Assembly (NCBI GenBank): GCA_049317285.1
Contig: JBMOIO010000003.1
Span: forward strand, 25,003 to 89,002
Direction of reading: 5' to 3'
Length of the DNA stretch: 64,000 nt
Origin: Minisyncoccia bacterium
GTDB lineage: Bacteria > Patescibacteriota > Minisyncoccia > Phycocordibacterales > UBA9973
Position 1 is the stretch's first letter, and each line of letters opens with the position of its first letter. The position numbers and the translations under genes are program-made. The notes under the pieces were generated by a model that was not told the DNA's origin, ran no database searches, and saw only the letters and a program-made list of their open reading frames with translations. Below are positions 10,561 through 19,955 of the stretch, in pieces.

Positions 10561-10587
10561 AAAACACCCCTCAATTGGGGTGTTTTT
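10561..10587 (+). terminator. Intrinsic terminator of the ribosomal operon
   Basis: AAAACACCCC-TCAATT-GGGGTGTTTT hairpin plus T tract. Confidence 0.85.
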
Positions 10588-10659
10588 GTTTATCTCCATT
10601 TCTATTGACACACGCAATTTAATTTGTAGTATAGAGACAAACCTTAAATTAGTAACACT

Positions 10660-10980
10660 ATGAAAAAAGCAATGTTTTTAATTATTCTTTTCGGTGTACT
10701 TGCCGGAAGTACGGTCTTTGCTCAGAAGAGCAATTCGATCGGAGTTATTCCATCACATGTCGTTTCAATCGAGCCAGTCAAGGGACACCTTAGTAAAAAG
10801 AGATTCAACAAGGTGCGACTTGCACATGGATTTAATTGTCCTTTCTACTCCTCCACAAAACCTATTGGTCGAGACTCCATTGCGTTTGTGTATGATAAAT
10901 ACCGGACCCAAGTTGTTGTCCCTAATTCATTCCGTAGGGGGAACCCTGCACAGTACCTGTATGTTGCTAAAGCTCGATAA
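10660..10980 (+). CDS. Hypothetical secreted protein
   Basis: Signal-peptide-like N-terminus ending VFA-Q; own TTGACA promoter and terminator. Confidence 0.7.
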   Translation: MKKAMFLIILFGVLAGSTVFAQKSNSIGVIPSHVVSIEPVKGHLSKKRFNKVRLAHGFNCPFYSSTKPIGRDSIAFVYDKYRTQVVVPNSFRRGNPAQYLYVAKAR

Positions 10981-11010
10981 AAAAAGCCTTCCTTTGCGGA
11001 AGGCTTTTTT
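10981..11010 (+). terminator. Intrinsic terminator
   Basis: AAAAAAGCCTTCC-TTTGC-GGAAGGCTTTTTT. Confidence 0.85.
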
Positions 11011-11041
11011 ATTTGCCAAAAATCAGTATAATCAGGCCTAT

Positions 11042-11596
11042 ATGGAAGAAGACGAAATCGTATTTGATGAAGACATAGTGGAAAGCAATGAAGATGGCAC
11101 CGAGCTCTCAGGCGCCGATCAGCTCAAGAAACTTCGCGCACAAATAAAGGTGTTGCAGAAAGAAAAGACTGAATATCTCGACGGCTGGCAGCGTGCGCGC
11201 GCGGACTATGCGAACGTCGTAAAGAGTGCGGACGAAGACAAGAAGCGCATGCGAAGTATTGTTGAAGAGTCGTTTATCGAAGAACTCTTGCCGGTAGTAG
11301 ACAGCTTTTCGCTCGCGATGAATAACAAGGACGCCTGGGAGAAGGTGGATGCCAATTGGCGCACCGGGGTAGAGTACATTTATGCGCAATTGATGAACAC
11401 GCTTAAAGAAAAAGGCTTTAGTGTATTCGGCGCAGTAGGGGACAGCTTTGACCCAACTTTGCACGAAGCGGTGTCAGAAACTAAAACGGACGACAGTGCG
11501 CTCGACCACAGTGTTTCTGCGGTATTACAGCAAGGCTACAAGCTTGGGGAATCCATCCTCCGTCCGGCGAGAGTTTCAGTGTACAAGGCGAAATAG
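11042..11596 (+). CDS. grpE: Nucleotide exchange factor GrpE
   Basis: WQRARADYAN, LLPVVDSF, FDPTLHEAV, QQGYKL...LRPARV; ATG at 11042. Confidence 0.97.
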   Translation: MEEDEIVFDEDIVESNEDGTELSGADQLKKLRAQIKVLQKEKTEYLDGWQRARADYANVVKSADEDKKRMRSIVEESFIEELLPVVDSFSLAMNNKDAWEKVDANWRTGVEYIYAQLMNTLKEKGFSVFGAVGDSFDPTLHEAVSETKTDDSALDHSVSAVLQQGYKLGESILRPARVSVYKAK

Positions 11597-11656
11597 TCTA
11601 TTGACAAAATACTGATTTAAGTATATAATATATTTAAATTAATTTAAATCAAAAAT

Positions 11657-11854
11657 ATGAGAACTTCAGTAATTTTCGGGTATGTATTTATACTATTGTT
11701 TGGAGTTGTACTCGTACAGGTTTTATTTTTTCCTGGCGACTCAACAAACGAGCAACAAACAAATGCCTTAGTCTTTGACGTCTTTTTTCTTTTAGTTGGA
11801 GTAGTATCTCTTATCTATGCAAAAAGAAAGTATGGAGCTGCAACTCTAAAATAA
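11657..11854 (+). CDS. Hypothetical two-TM small membrane protein
   Basis: Two hydrophobic helices; TTGACA/TATAAT promoter and hairpin 11871-11895. Confidence 0.65.
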   Translation: MRTSVIFGYVFILLFGVVLVQVLFFPGDSTNEQQTNALVFDVFFLLVGVVSLIYAKRKYGAATLK

Positions 11855-11901
11855 ACTGCGCTCATTGGTTCCTCACTTTATTTAATAAAGTGAGGTTCTT
11901 T

Positions 11902-12441
11902 TTATTTTGCCAAAGCAATAAATTCTTTTTCTGTTTCCGCATCTATTGTGTCGGTCACAAATATCATCAGCTCCGTTGTGAGTGTGAGGTCTTTTTTAAT
12001 ATTCATAAACAAGTGCTCAAACGGGTGAGGGGAGATCCACACTGAATTTTTCAATAATATAAACCCGGCTTTTTTCAAAAGGTACCGCAAGCCTTCGCGC
12101 TCGGCTTTACGCTCTTCTGGTAGGTCGAGAAGAATGATGCGCCATTTGCCGTCCCAGGTCGGGTCAAAGAGCACTGTATCGCTCTCAAGCTTGAGACTGT
12201 GCGCTTTCTTCTTTCCTTCGCGCGTGAGGCGTGTGTAGGCTTGCTGGCCTGAATGGTGCGTTTCCACTAGTCCCGACTCTGTGAGGCCCTTTAATGAGCG
12301 TGTGAGGGCATACCGTTCGCTTCCGAGGGCTTCAATACTCTCCGTAAGCTCAGCCACAGAAACCGCAGGCTTGGCTTGGAGGAGGGCGAGGATTTGTTTA
12401 GAGAATGATTTTTTCTCTCTGGTACCCTTTGGTTTATTCAT
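11902..12441 (-). CDS. PaaX-like transcriptional regulator (wHTH plus Cas2-like ferredoxin domain)
   Basis: wHTH with LTREGK, then WDGKWRIILLDLPE...R..L...GF..LKNSVWISP. Confidence 0.85.
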   Translation of the reverse strand: MNKPKGTREKKSFSKQILALLQAKPAVSVAELTESIEALGSERYALTRSLKGLTESGLVETHHSGQQAYTRLTREGKKKAHSLKLESDTVLFDPTWDGKWRIILLDLPEERKAEREGLRYLLKKAGFILLKNSVWISPHPFEHLFMNIKKDLTLTTELMIFVTDTIDAETEKEFIALAK

Positions 12442-12582
12442 ATACTTGCACAATATCATAAATCATTTATACTATCAACAAGTATTTCGCGACCACGAAA
12501 AAACGGTAGAAACGGAAGAATTGCTTGAAATACACTTGGATTTACTTTTAATTAAAAAAATAACTTTTCACACACAATATTT

Positions 12583-14463
12583 ATGGCAAAAATCATCGGA
12601 ATTGACCTTGGAACTACAAACAGCGCTGTCGCTATCATCGAAGGCGGCCAGCCAAAAATCATTGAAAACATCGAAGGCGCGCGCACCACGCCTTCTATTG
12701 TCGCGCAAGCAAAAAACGGTGATCGACTCGTTGGCCTTTTGGCAAAGCGCCAGGCGGTGACCAACCCGCAAAATACGGTGTATGGTATCAAGCGATTGAT
12801 GGGGCACAAATTCTCTGATGCTGGTATCGATAAAGTTATTTCTCACATGCCGTTTCCTGTGGGTGCAGGCGCCGATGGCGGAGCGGAGGTAACGCTCGAC
12901 GGAAAGAAATATCGCCCGGAAGAAATCTCCGCGATGATTCTGCAGAAAATCAAAACAGATGTTGAAGCAAAGCTCGGTGAGAAAATCACTGAAGCGATCA
13001 TCACTGTGCCCGCGTATTTCAATGACGCACAGCGCAAAGCAACAAAAGATGCCGGCGCAATTGCAGGCCTCGATGTGAAGCGCATCATCAACGAGCCGAC
13101 CGCAGCCGCACTTGCCTATGGCTTTGATACAAAGAAAGATGAAAAGGTAGTGGTGTACGACTTTGGAGGCGGAACCTTTGACGTGTCTGTGCTTGAAATC
13201 GGAAACGATGTTATTGAAGTGAAATCAACCGATGGCGACTCTATGATGGGAGGCCGTGATATTGACCGCACCATTGTTGAATGGATTGCTGCTGAATTTA
13301 AAAAAGAGTCTGGTGTAGATGTGACAAAAGACCCGCTCGCGCTTCAGCGCCTCGACGAAGCTGCTGAAAAAGCAAAAATCGAGCTTTCTACCACTCCTGA
13401 AACCGAGATCAACATTCCGTTCATCACTTCAACCGATGCGGGGCCTCAGCACCTTCTGTTGAAGATGTCTCGTGCACAGCTTGAAAACCTCGCGGACGAA
13501 TTTGTGTCCCGCTCTATCGAAATCACCAAGCGCGCAATCGATGCGTCTCCGTTTAAGATTGGGGAGATTAATGAAATCATTTTGGTGGGAGGACAGACTC
13601 GCATGCCGAAAATCGTTGAAGAGGTAAAGAAACTCTTTGGCAAAGAGCCAAACCGCACTATCAACCCGGACGAAGTGGTGGCGCTTGGTGCTGCAGTGCA
13701 AGGTGGAGTGCTTCAGGGAGATGTCCGCGATGTCTTGTTGCTCGATGTTATCCCGCTTTCTCTCGGTATTGAAACCCTCGGCGGTGTGGCAACAAAGCTT
13801 GTAGAGCGAAATACTACTATTCCGTCATCTAAAAGCCAGGTGTTTTCAACGGCTGCCGACAATCAGACATCGGTTGAAATCCATATCACTCAAGGAGAGC
13901 GCCCTATGGCCTCAGACAACAAGAGTTTGGGTCGGTTTATCCTCGATGGCATTCCACCAGCACCGCGCGGTATACCACAGGTTGAAGTGACCTTCGATGT
14001 AGATGCAAACGGTATTCTTAATGTGAAGGCAAAAGACAAAGCTTCCGGCAAGGAGCAGTCTATCCGTATTGAAGCATCAAGCGGTCTCACTCCTGAAGAT
14101 ATCGAGCGCATGAAAAACGACGCTGAGCTTCATGCAAAGGAAGACGAAGAAAAGAAGGCACTCGTGGACACAAAAAATACCGCTGACATGACAGTGTTTG
14201 CTGCAGAGAAAGCGCTCACTGACCATGCAGAGCATGTGACTGAAGACATTAAGACTTCAGTACAAGGAGCGATTGATGCCGTGAAGAAAGCAAAAGAGGG
14301 AAGCGACAAGTCTGCGATTGAGGCAGCTACCCACACCCTTTCAACTGAGATGTCTAAGATTGGCGAAGCGGTTTCCAAGGCACAGCCACAAGAATCTCCG
14401 GCCGAAGGCGAAGCAAAGGATGCTGAAGCGACAGACACGACAGCAGAAGAAAAAGCTGAATAA
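12583..14463 (+). CDS. dnaK: Chaperone DnaK
   Basis: [35 protein letters not shown]. Confidence 0.99.
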   Translation: MAKIIGIDLGTTNSAVAIIEGGQPKIIENIEGARTTPSIVAQAKNGDRLVGLLAKRQAVTNPQNTVYGIKRLMGHKFSDAGIDKVISHMPFPVGAGADGGAEVTLDGKKYRPEEISAMILQKIKTDVEAKLGEKITEAIITVPAYFNDAQRKATKDAGAIAGLDVKRIINEPTAAALAYGFDTKKDEKVVVYDFGGGTFDVSVLEIGNDVIEVKSTDGDSMMGGRDIDRTIVEWIAAEFKKESGVDVTKDPLALQRLDEAAEKAKIELSTTPETEINIPFITSTDAGPQHLLLKMSRAQLENLADEFVSRSIEITKRAIDASPFKIGEINEIILVGGQTRMPKIVEEVKKLFGKEPNRTINPDEVVALGAAVQGGVLQGDVRDVLLLDVIPLSLGIETLGGVATKLVERNTTIPSSKSQVFSTAADNQTSVEIHITQGERPMASDNKSLGRFILDGIPPAPRGIPQVEVTFDVDANGILNVKAKDKASGKEQSIRIEASSGLTPEDIERMKNDAELHAKEDEEKKALVDTKNTADMTVFAAEKALTDHAEHVTEDIKTSVQGAIDAVKKAKEGSDKSAIEAATHTLSTEMSKIGEAVSKAQPQESPAEGEAKDAEATDTTAEEKAE

Positions 14464-14570
14464 TCTTTACCTAAATAGATAAAGGATAAAAACATCTGAG
14501 AAATCAGGTGTTTTTATATTATATTGACATTATATTAATAAATGATATGATGATAAAAAATAATAGAATT

Positions 14571-15005
14571 ATGAAAGAAGATATTAAAGAAATGCCATTA
14601 GGAAAATTTAGTGGTCTAAAAATTTCTTGCCGTCCCTATGGTTTTTTCAGATTTATTACAGGCAAAGAACAGTATTTTCGCATAGCTAAAGATGATGTTT
14701 TAGTTAAAGAAGTATTATCACTAACAGCTAAGGAGGTTATTGAAAAATTTAGTGAAAGAGGAGCCATAGGACTCGATGGAGATAGATCGGCTGCTGTTTC
14801 AAAAGCATTAAAACATGTACGGGATAAGCTCGTTATGATTGGATTCTCTCCAGAAGAAGCACCTTTTATTAAGGGCTTGTACCATACAACCAATTGCTCT
14901 TCTAAAGAAGAATGGAAACAACGCTGGGTAAATGAATATGGACTTGGAGAGGAAGAAGCTACAAGCCTCACTACTCTTCTTGAAAAAGTTCATCATGATG
15001 TTTAA
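14571..15005 (+). CDS. Hypothetical protein (start uncertain)
   Basis: AT-rich ORF with upstream TTGACA, flanked by terminators. Confidence 0.6.
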   Translation: MKEDIKEMPLGKFSGLKISCRPYGFFRFITGKEQYFRIAKDDVLVKEVLSLTAKEVIEKFSERGAIGLDGDRSAAVSKALKHVRDKLVMIGFSPEEAPFIKGLYHTTNCSSKEEWKQRWVNEYGLGEEEATSLTTLLEKVHHDV

Positions 15006-15077
15006 GTAATCTAGCATCAAATTAAAAGCTCTAATGGGGCTTTTTTTATTTCCAATTTGTGCTATAGTGTTCTGACT

Positions 15078-15155
15078 ATGAACAAGAAACGCAAAATCGC
15101 AGCAAAGAAAAAGCGAAAGGCAGAAGGGAAGACAGTGTCTCTCCGCCACCGCTAG
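15078..15155 (+). CDS. Putative 25-aa Lys/Arg-rich peptide
   Basis: MNKKRKIAAKKKRKAEGKTVSLRHR; TGcTATAGT just upstream and terminator just downstream. Confidence 0.55.
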   Translation: MNKKRKIAAKKKRKAEGKTVSLRHR

Positions 15156-15161
15156 CTACTC

Positions 15162-15190
15162 GAAAATGCCCCTAATCGGGGCATTTTCTT
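15162..15190 (+). terminator. Intrinsic terminator
   Basis: GAAAATGCCCC-TAATC-GGGGCATTTTC. Confidence 0.8.
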
Positions 15191-15219
15191 ATGGGTATTT
15201 TGTGGTATAATGCGCTTCT

Positions 15220-16281
15220 ATGGCAGACTATTACGATACATTGGGTGTAAAAAAGGGTGCCTCAAAAGATGAAATCAAAAAGGCATTTCATAAGCTCGCG
15301 CACCAGTATCATCCCGATAAAAATAAAGGAGACGACAAGAAGTTTAAAGAGGTAAACGAAGCGTATCAAACCCTCTCCGACGATACGAAGCGCGCGCAGT
15401 ACGACCAGTTTGGTTCTGCCGGCCCTAACATGGGCGGTGGAGGCTTTGGGGGATTTGACCCGAGTGGTTTTGACTTCTCGCAAGGAGGGCAAGGCTTTGG
15501 TTTTGATATGGGAGATATTTTTGGAGAAATGTTTGGCGGAGGACGCTCAAGCCGTGCTCGACGAGGAAATGATTTGCAGACAAATATTTCAATCGATTTC
15601 AAGGAATCAATCTTTGGTGTAGAGAAAGAAATCCGCGTGACCAAGCCCTCTACTTGTACTACTTGTAAGGGCGATGGCGCACAGCCAGGAAGCAAGCTTG
15701 AGACCTGTTCAAAGTGCGACGGCAAAGGATCAATCCGCACCGTACAGCGCACAATTTTGGGTTCTATCACAACAAACCAAACCTGTAACAAGTGTTTTGG
15801 GAAAGGAAAGATTCCAAAAGATCCGTGCAAGACCTGTAAGGGCGACGGCGTGGTGACCGAAGCGCGCACTATTAAAATAAATGTGCCAAGCGGTATTCAA
15901 AACGGCGAGACATTGCGCCTTTCCGGTATGGGCGAAGCGATTTCTGGTGGGCAGTCAGGCGATCTCTATGTGCATGTATCAGTTTCCCCGCACAAAACAA
16001 TTTCCCGCCAAGGAAGTGATTTGATCGCGTCTCACAGCATCAAGCTCACGGATGCACTTTTGGGCACGGAGCACTCAATCGAAACACTTGATGGGAAGAT
16101 TGATTTCACCATTCCGAGCGGAACAAAGGTGGGCGATACAGTAGTACTCAAAAACCATGGCGTACCTGTGAATTCGAGCAAGCGCGGAAACCTTATCATC
16201 AAGCTCAACATCACCCTTCCCGAGAAGCTTTCAAAAAAAGCAAAGGAAATTATTGAAGACCTTAAAAAGGAAGGATTATAA
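15220..16281 (+). CDS. dnaJ: Chaperone DnaJ
   Basis: J-domain HPD, G/F region, four CxxCxGxG repeats. Confidence 0.99.
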   Translation: MADYYDTLGVKKGASKDEIKKAFHKLAHQYHPDKNKGDDKKFKEVNEAYQTLSDDTKRAQYDQFGSAGPNMGGGGFGGFDPSGFDFSQGGQGFGFDMGDIFGEMFGGGRSSRARRGNDLQTNISIDFKESIFGVEKEIRVTKPSTCTTCKGDGAQPGSKLETCSKCDGKGSIRTVQRTILGSITTNQTCNKCFGKGKIPKDPCKTCKGDGVVTEARTIKINVPSGIQNGETLRLSGMGEAISGGQSGDLYVHVSVSPHKTISRQGSDLIASHSIKLTDALLGTEHSIETLDGKIDFTIPSGTKVGDTVVLKNHGVPVNSSKRGNLIIKLNITLPEKLSKKAKEIIEDLKKEGL

Positions 16282-16287
16282 AACTTC

Positions 16288-16384
16288 ATAAAAAGCACAT
16301 TTTAGAGCACACATAATTTCTGGTGAAAATTTGTTCCAACTCGGCTCAGACAGCCTCCGTTAGTCTCTAAAATGTGCTTTTTAT
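16288..16384. repeat. 20-bp perfect inverted repeat enclosing a 57-nt dispersed element (copy A)
   Basis: ATAAAAAGCACATTTTAGAG / CTCTAAAATGTGCTTTTTAT; core shared with 24045-24102 and 24176-24228. Confidence 0.85.
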
Positions 16385-16412
16385 TGCGTTTCTTGTATAA
16401 TTCGTTGTACAT

Positions 16413-17879
16413 ATGGCATCCATTGAAGAACTCCGAGCAGACCGACTGAAAAAGAAAGCACTACTCGAATCTAAAGGAATTAATCCGTACCCGGCTGAGA
16501 CTAATCGCTCGCACGATATTGCGCTCTTTATTGACCGATTCGGCCTCTATGAAGGAGGTAAAGACGTCATCACGCTTGCAGGCCGCATTATGTCGAAGCG
16601 CGGGCAAGGAGGTATCACCTTCTGCGACCTCTATGACGGCACCGGCCGCATTCAGGCATTTTTTAAGAAAGACGAAATGGAAGAAAGCGTCTTTGATCTT
16701 TTTAATGACACGGTGGATATCGGGGACTTTGTCACTGTCACCGGCACGGCGTATACAACACAGCGCGGTGCACAGAGCTTGTTTGTGACAGAATGGAACA
16801 TGCTTTCAAAGAGCCTCCTTCCTATTCCTGACGAATGGTATGGCATCAAGGACGAGGACGAGCGATTCCGAAAGCGATACCTCGATATTCTCATGAATGA
16901 AGAGGTGCGCGATATCGTGTACAAGCGTTCAATATTCTGGAATACGATTCGCCAATTCCTTTTAGAGAAATCATTTGTCGAAGTGGAAACGCCAGTGCTT
17001 GAAAACACCACCGGTGGAGCTGATGCGCGCCCCTTTGTCACACACCACAATGCACTCGACATTGATGTCTTTCTTCGCATTTCAGCGGGCGAGTTGTGGC
17101 AAAAGAAACTGCTTGTTGCCGGCATCCCTCGCACATTCGAAATCGGGCGCATCTTCCGCAACGAAGGAATTTCAAACGAGCACCTCCAAGACTACACACA
17201 GCTTGAGTACTACATGGCATATGCCGACTATATCCAAGGGATGGAGCTTACAAAAGAGCTCTACCGACTGATTGCAGAGAAAACATTTGGGAAAACAGTA
17301 TTCACTATTCGCGGATACGAAGTGGATTTTAATAAAGAATGGGAAGTCTATGATTTTGTAAAAGTACTGCAAGACAATTACGGTATCAACGCGCTTGATA
17401 CTACACTTGATAGAGTTGAAGCAGAGCTCAAGAAAAATGATATTGCATTTGATAAGGGCACGCTTAATATTGAGCGGGGAATAGACTTGTTGTGGAAGAA
17501 AGTGCGCAAAGGTCTCGCTGGTCCAGGATTTTTGATCAATGTCCCTGTGTATCTTGAACCGCTTGCAAAGCGCAGTCGCACCAACCCGCAAACAGTAGAG
17601 CGCTTTCAAGTAATTTTGGCGGGAAGTGAAATGGGGAAGGGATTCAGCGAACTCAATGATCCTGTTGACCAGCGCGGGCGATTTGAACACCAGCAGGCGC
17701 TCCGTGACGGAGGAGACGACGAGGCACAGATGGCCGACATGGAATTTGTCGAGGCGCTTGAGCACGGCATGCCGCCTGCATTTGGCTTTGGGCTATCAGA
17801 GCGACTCTTCTCATTTTTGATGGACAAGCCCGTGCGCGAAGCGCAGATTTTCCCACTTCTGAAACCGCGTTCAGAATAA
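16413..17879 (+). CDS. lysS: Lysine--tRNA ligase, class II
   Basis: OB-fold AGRIMSKR, RKRYLD, GGADARPF, FEIGRIFRNEG, HGMPP. Confidence 0.98.
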   Translation: MASIEELRADRLKKKALLESKGINPYPAETNRSHDIALFIDRFGLYEGGKDVITLAGRIMSKRGQGGITFCDLYDGTGRIQAFFKKDEMEESVFDLFNDTVDIGDFVTVTGTAYTTQRGAQSLFVTEWNMLSKSLLPIPDEWYGIKDEDERFRKRYLDILMNEEVRDIVYKRSIFWNTIRQFLLEKSFVEVETPVLENTTGGADARPFVTHHNALDIDVFLRISAGELWQKKLLVAGIPRTFEIGRIFRNEGISNEHLQDYTQLEYYMAYADYIQGMELTKELYRLIAEKTFGKTVFTIRGYEVDFNKEWEVYDFVKVLQDNYGINALDTTLDRVEAELKKNDIAFDKGTLNIERGIDLLWKKVRKGLAGPGFLINVPVYLEPLAKRSRTNPQTVERFQVILAGSEMGKGFSELNDPVDQRGRFEHQQALRDGGDDEAQMADMEFVEALEHGMPPAFGFGLSERLFSFLMDKPVREAQIFPLLKPRSE

Positions 17880-17916
17880 GTATTCATCAAGGATAGTATT
17901 TGTTATACTTCTCGCT

Positions 17917-18309
17917 ATGGAAACAATAAATTTCGGAGAACACATGATGCTTGATTGCTATGATGCGGATCCGGTCTTGCTGGGATCAAAAGATCATGTA
18001 CTTCGTGTATTGAATGAACTTCCTGAAAAACTTGGCATGCACAAACTCTCAGAACCGGAAGTGTACTTTGCAGAAGACAACGGACAGAAAGATCCGGGCG
18101 GTTGGAGTGGGTTTGTTGTCATTCTCGAAAGCCATATCAGCATACACACATTTGTCGGGCGCCACTTTCTCAGCGCCGACGTGTATACTTGTGTAAACGG
18201 AATGGATAGAGAATTTATCACTGCTTATTTCAAGGATGCCTTTAGAGCAGGGGAGATTGAGGTTAATTTTGTGAAGCGAGGCAAAAAGTATCCCGTAGCT
18301 AATTATTAA
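17917..18309 (+). CDS. speD: S-adenosylmethionine decarboxylase family (pyruvoyl) proenzyme
   Basis: GEH...DCY, GWSGFVVILESHISIHTF self-cleavage motif, DVYTC. Confidence 0.85.
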   Translation: METINFGEHMMLDCYDADPVLLGSKDHVLRVLNELPEKLGMHKLSEPEVYFAEDNGQKDPGGWSGFVVILESHISIHTFVGRHFLSADVYTCVNGMDREFITAYFKDAFRAGEIEVNFVKRGKKYPVANY

Positions 18310-18311
18310 AT

Positions 18312-18449
18312 ATGTCTGAAAAAAATAAAAATATCATATTTTTCATCACCACCGCACTTCTTGTGGCAACTTCACTGTACTTCACCTACAAAAGAGTGTT
18401 TATCGATCAGAATTTCGATATTATAGAGGAAGAGAAAGGAGACTACTAA
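18312..18449 (+). CDS. Putative 45-aa single-TM protein (not in ORF track)
   Basis: MSEKNKNIIFFITTALLVATSLYFTYKRVFIDQNFDIIEEEKGDY, 2 nt after the speD stop. Confidence 0.55.
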   Translation: MSEKNKNIIFFITTALLVATSLYFTYKRVFIDQNFDIIEEEKGDY

Positions 18450-18505
18450 ACAAAGGCTTTTTAGTCTATTGCTTTTTTATATATTCTATGTTATAATATT
18501 TACAA

Positions 18506-19075
18506 ATGGACAGCGCGCTTTGGAATGCTGCTGTCCAAGGGGCACGCACATTCAAAAAATATTGGAACCATATTGGAAGATATGGACTTTATACAATCTT
18601 TAGCAACGCTATAGATTATGGACTGTATTCAGTATTTTATTTAACATACGGACTGATAGCAGTACCATATATAGTTACTGCGACACTTCTCATTGATATT
18701 ATCACTGCATATATTTATTTATATAAAGGGATTGATTTTTTGGGAATAAACTCTCTTGCGTCAACTATTGAGGTCGCAATGGCAAATGAAAAACCGTCGA
18801 GATGGTGGGTAATCCGTGTATGGCAAACGCTCTATTGCTTTGCCTTAAGGGTAAGAAGTTCATGGTGGAGCGTTATTCTCCTGAGCGTTGAGTTCAATCC
18901 TTTTATGGTGATGATCATCGCGAAGCAGCAAAAGATAACTGAGAATAGTATGACGCTTCGGGACAAAACAGTATTTGCAGTGAGTTTCGTTGTGGGTAAT
19001 GTCTGGTGGGCAATAGTGATGATTGGATTTTGGGAGTGTGTAAAAAATATTGCACAATGGATAGGGCTTGTTTAA
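18506..19075 (+). CDS. Hypothetical multi-pass membrane protein
   Basis: Several hydrophobic segments; TGtTATAAT immediately upstream. Confidence 0.7.
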   Translation: MDSALWNAAVQGARTFKKYWNHIGRYGLYTIFSNAIDYGLYSVFYLTYGLIAVPYIVTATLLIDIITAYIYLYKGIDFLGINSLASTIEVAMANEKPSRWWVIRVWQTLYCFALRVRSSWWSVILLSVEFNPFMVMIIAKQQKITENSMTLRDKTVFAVSFVVGNVWWAIVMIGFWECVKNIAQWIGLV

Positions 19076-19108
19076 GCCCTATTTTTATTTTACAATTGAA
19101 GCACTTTT

Positions 19109-19948
19109 ATGGATGAAACTTTTAGCTCAGTAGATTTTGTCGCGCAGTGTTTGCTTGATACAGAACGAACAGAAGCATTTAAAAAAGCAATTGAACAAAC
19201 CGTAAAGCCAGGAGACATTGTATTGGATTCGGGTACAGGCTCGGGCATACTCGCCATGTTTGCTGCAAAAGCAGGTGCAAAGAAGGTAATCGCCCTTGAA
19301 CTGGATCCTTATATTGCAAAACTTGCCCGCGATAATGTGGTGAGAAATGGCTTGCAGGACGTGGTTGAAGTGGTAAACGAAGATATCCGAAATTATCCGT
19401 TTGACCAAACTGCAAAGTTTGATGTTGTTATCATGGAGATGTTGACTACTGGCATGATAGATGAGTATCAGGTCTGGGCGGTGAACCAACTTCATGGCAA
19501 GGGGGCAATAGGTCCGCATACGATATTTATTCCTTTCCGCCAAGATACAACAGCTGTTTTGGTAAATGCTGATTTTACAATGTTCGGACTTGATGTCCGG
19601 ATGCCGCTTCATCTTTGGAAGTTTATGGACAAAGGGATAGCTGAATTTATTCCAGTGAGTAATCGATTGGAAATTAACAGTATTGGATTTAATACTACCA
19701 ATCCAGAAGTATTTTCAAGAGAATACTCCTTTACTATTGCAAACGACACTACGATAAACGCACTGTATATTGAAAGCACGACCCAGCTTGCCGAAGCGTT
19801 GTTTGTTGGAGACACTATGGCTCTTAATGGCCCTGTGTTAATACCTTTTAATGAAGAGAAATCAGTAGCCGCGGGAGAGGTGGTACAGGTGAAGATTAAC
19901 TACTTTTTTGGCAACGGGTATAGGAATTTCTCCGCAACGTTCATATAA
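19109..19948 (+). CDS. PRMT-like SAM-dependent methyltransferase
   Basis: LLDTERTEAF..AI, VLDSGTGSGIL, double-E loop EMLTTGMIDE, beta-rich C-half. Confidence 0.8.
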   Translation: MDETFSSVDFVAQCLLDTERTEAFKKAIEQTVKPGDIVLDSGTGSGILAMFAAKAGAKKVIALELDPYIAKLARDNVVRNGLQDVVEVVNEDIRNYPFDQTAKFDVVIMEMLTTGMIDEYQVWAVNQLHGKGAIGPHTIFIPFRQDTTAVLVNADFTMFGLDVRMPLHLWKFMDKGIAEFIPVSNRLEINSIGFNTTNPEVFSREYSFTIANDTTINALYIESTTQLAEALFVGDTMALNGPVLIPFNEEKSVAAGEVVQVKINYFFGNGYRNFSATFI

Positions 19949-19955
19949 TACATAT

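Noticed and set aside
10694-11041. N-terminal extension of GrpE
   Set aside because: Crosses another gene and a terminator; the real start is ATG 11042 after TATAAT
11902-12441. Cas2/CRISPR system
   Set aside because: The Cas2-like domain is the PaaX central domain fused to a wHTH; no repeat-spacer array or other cas genes seen
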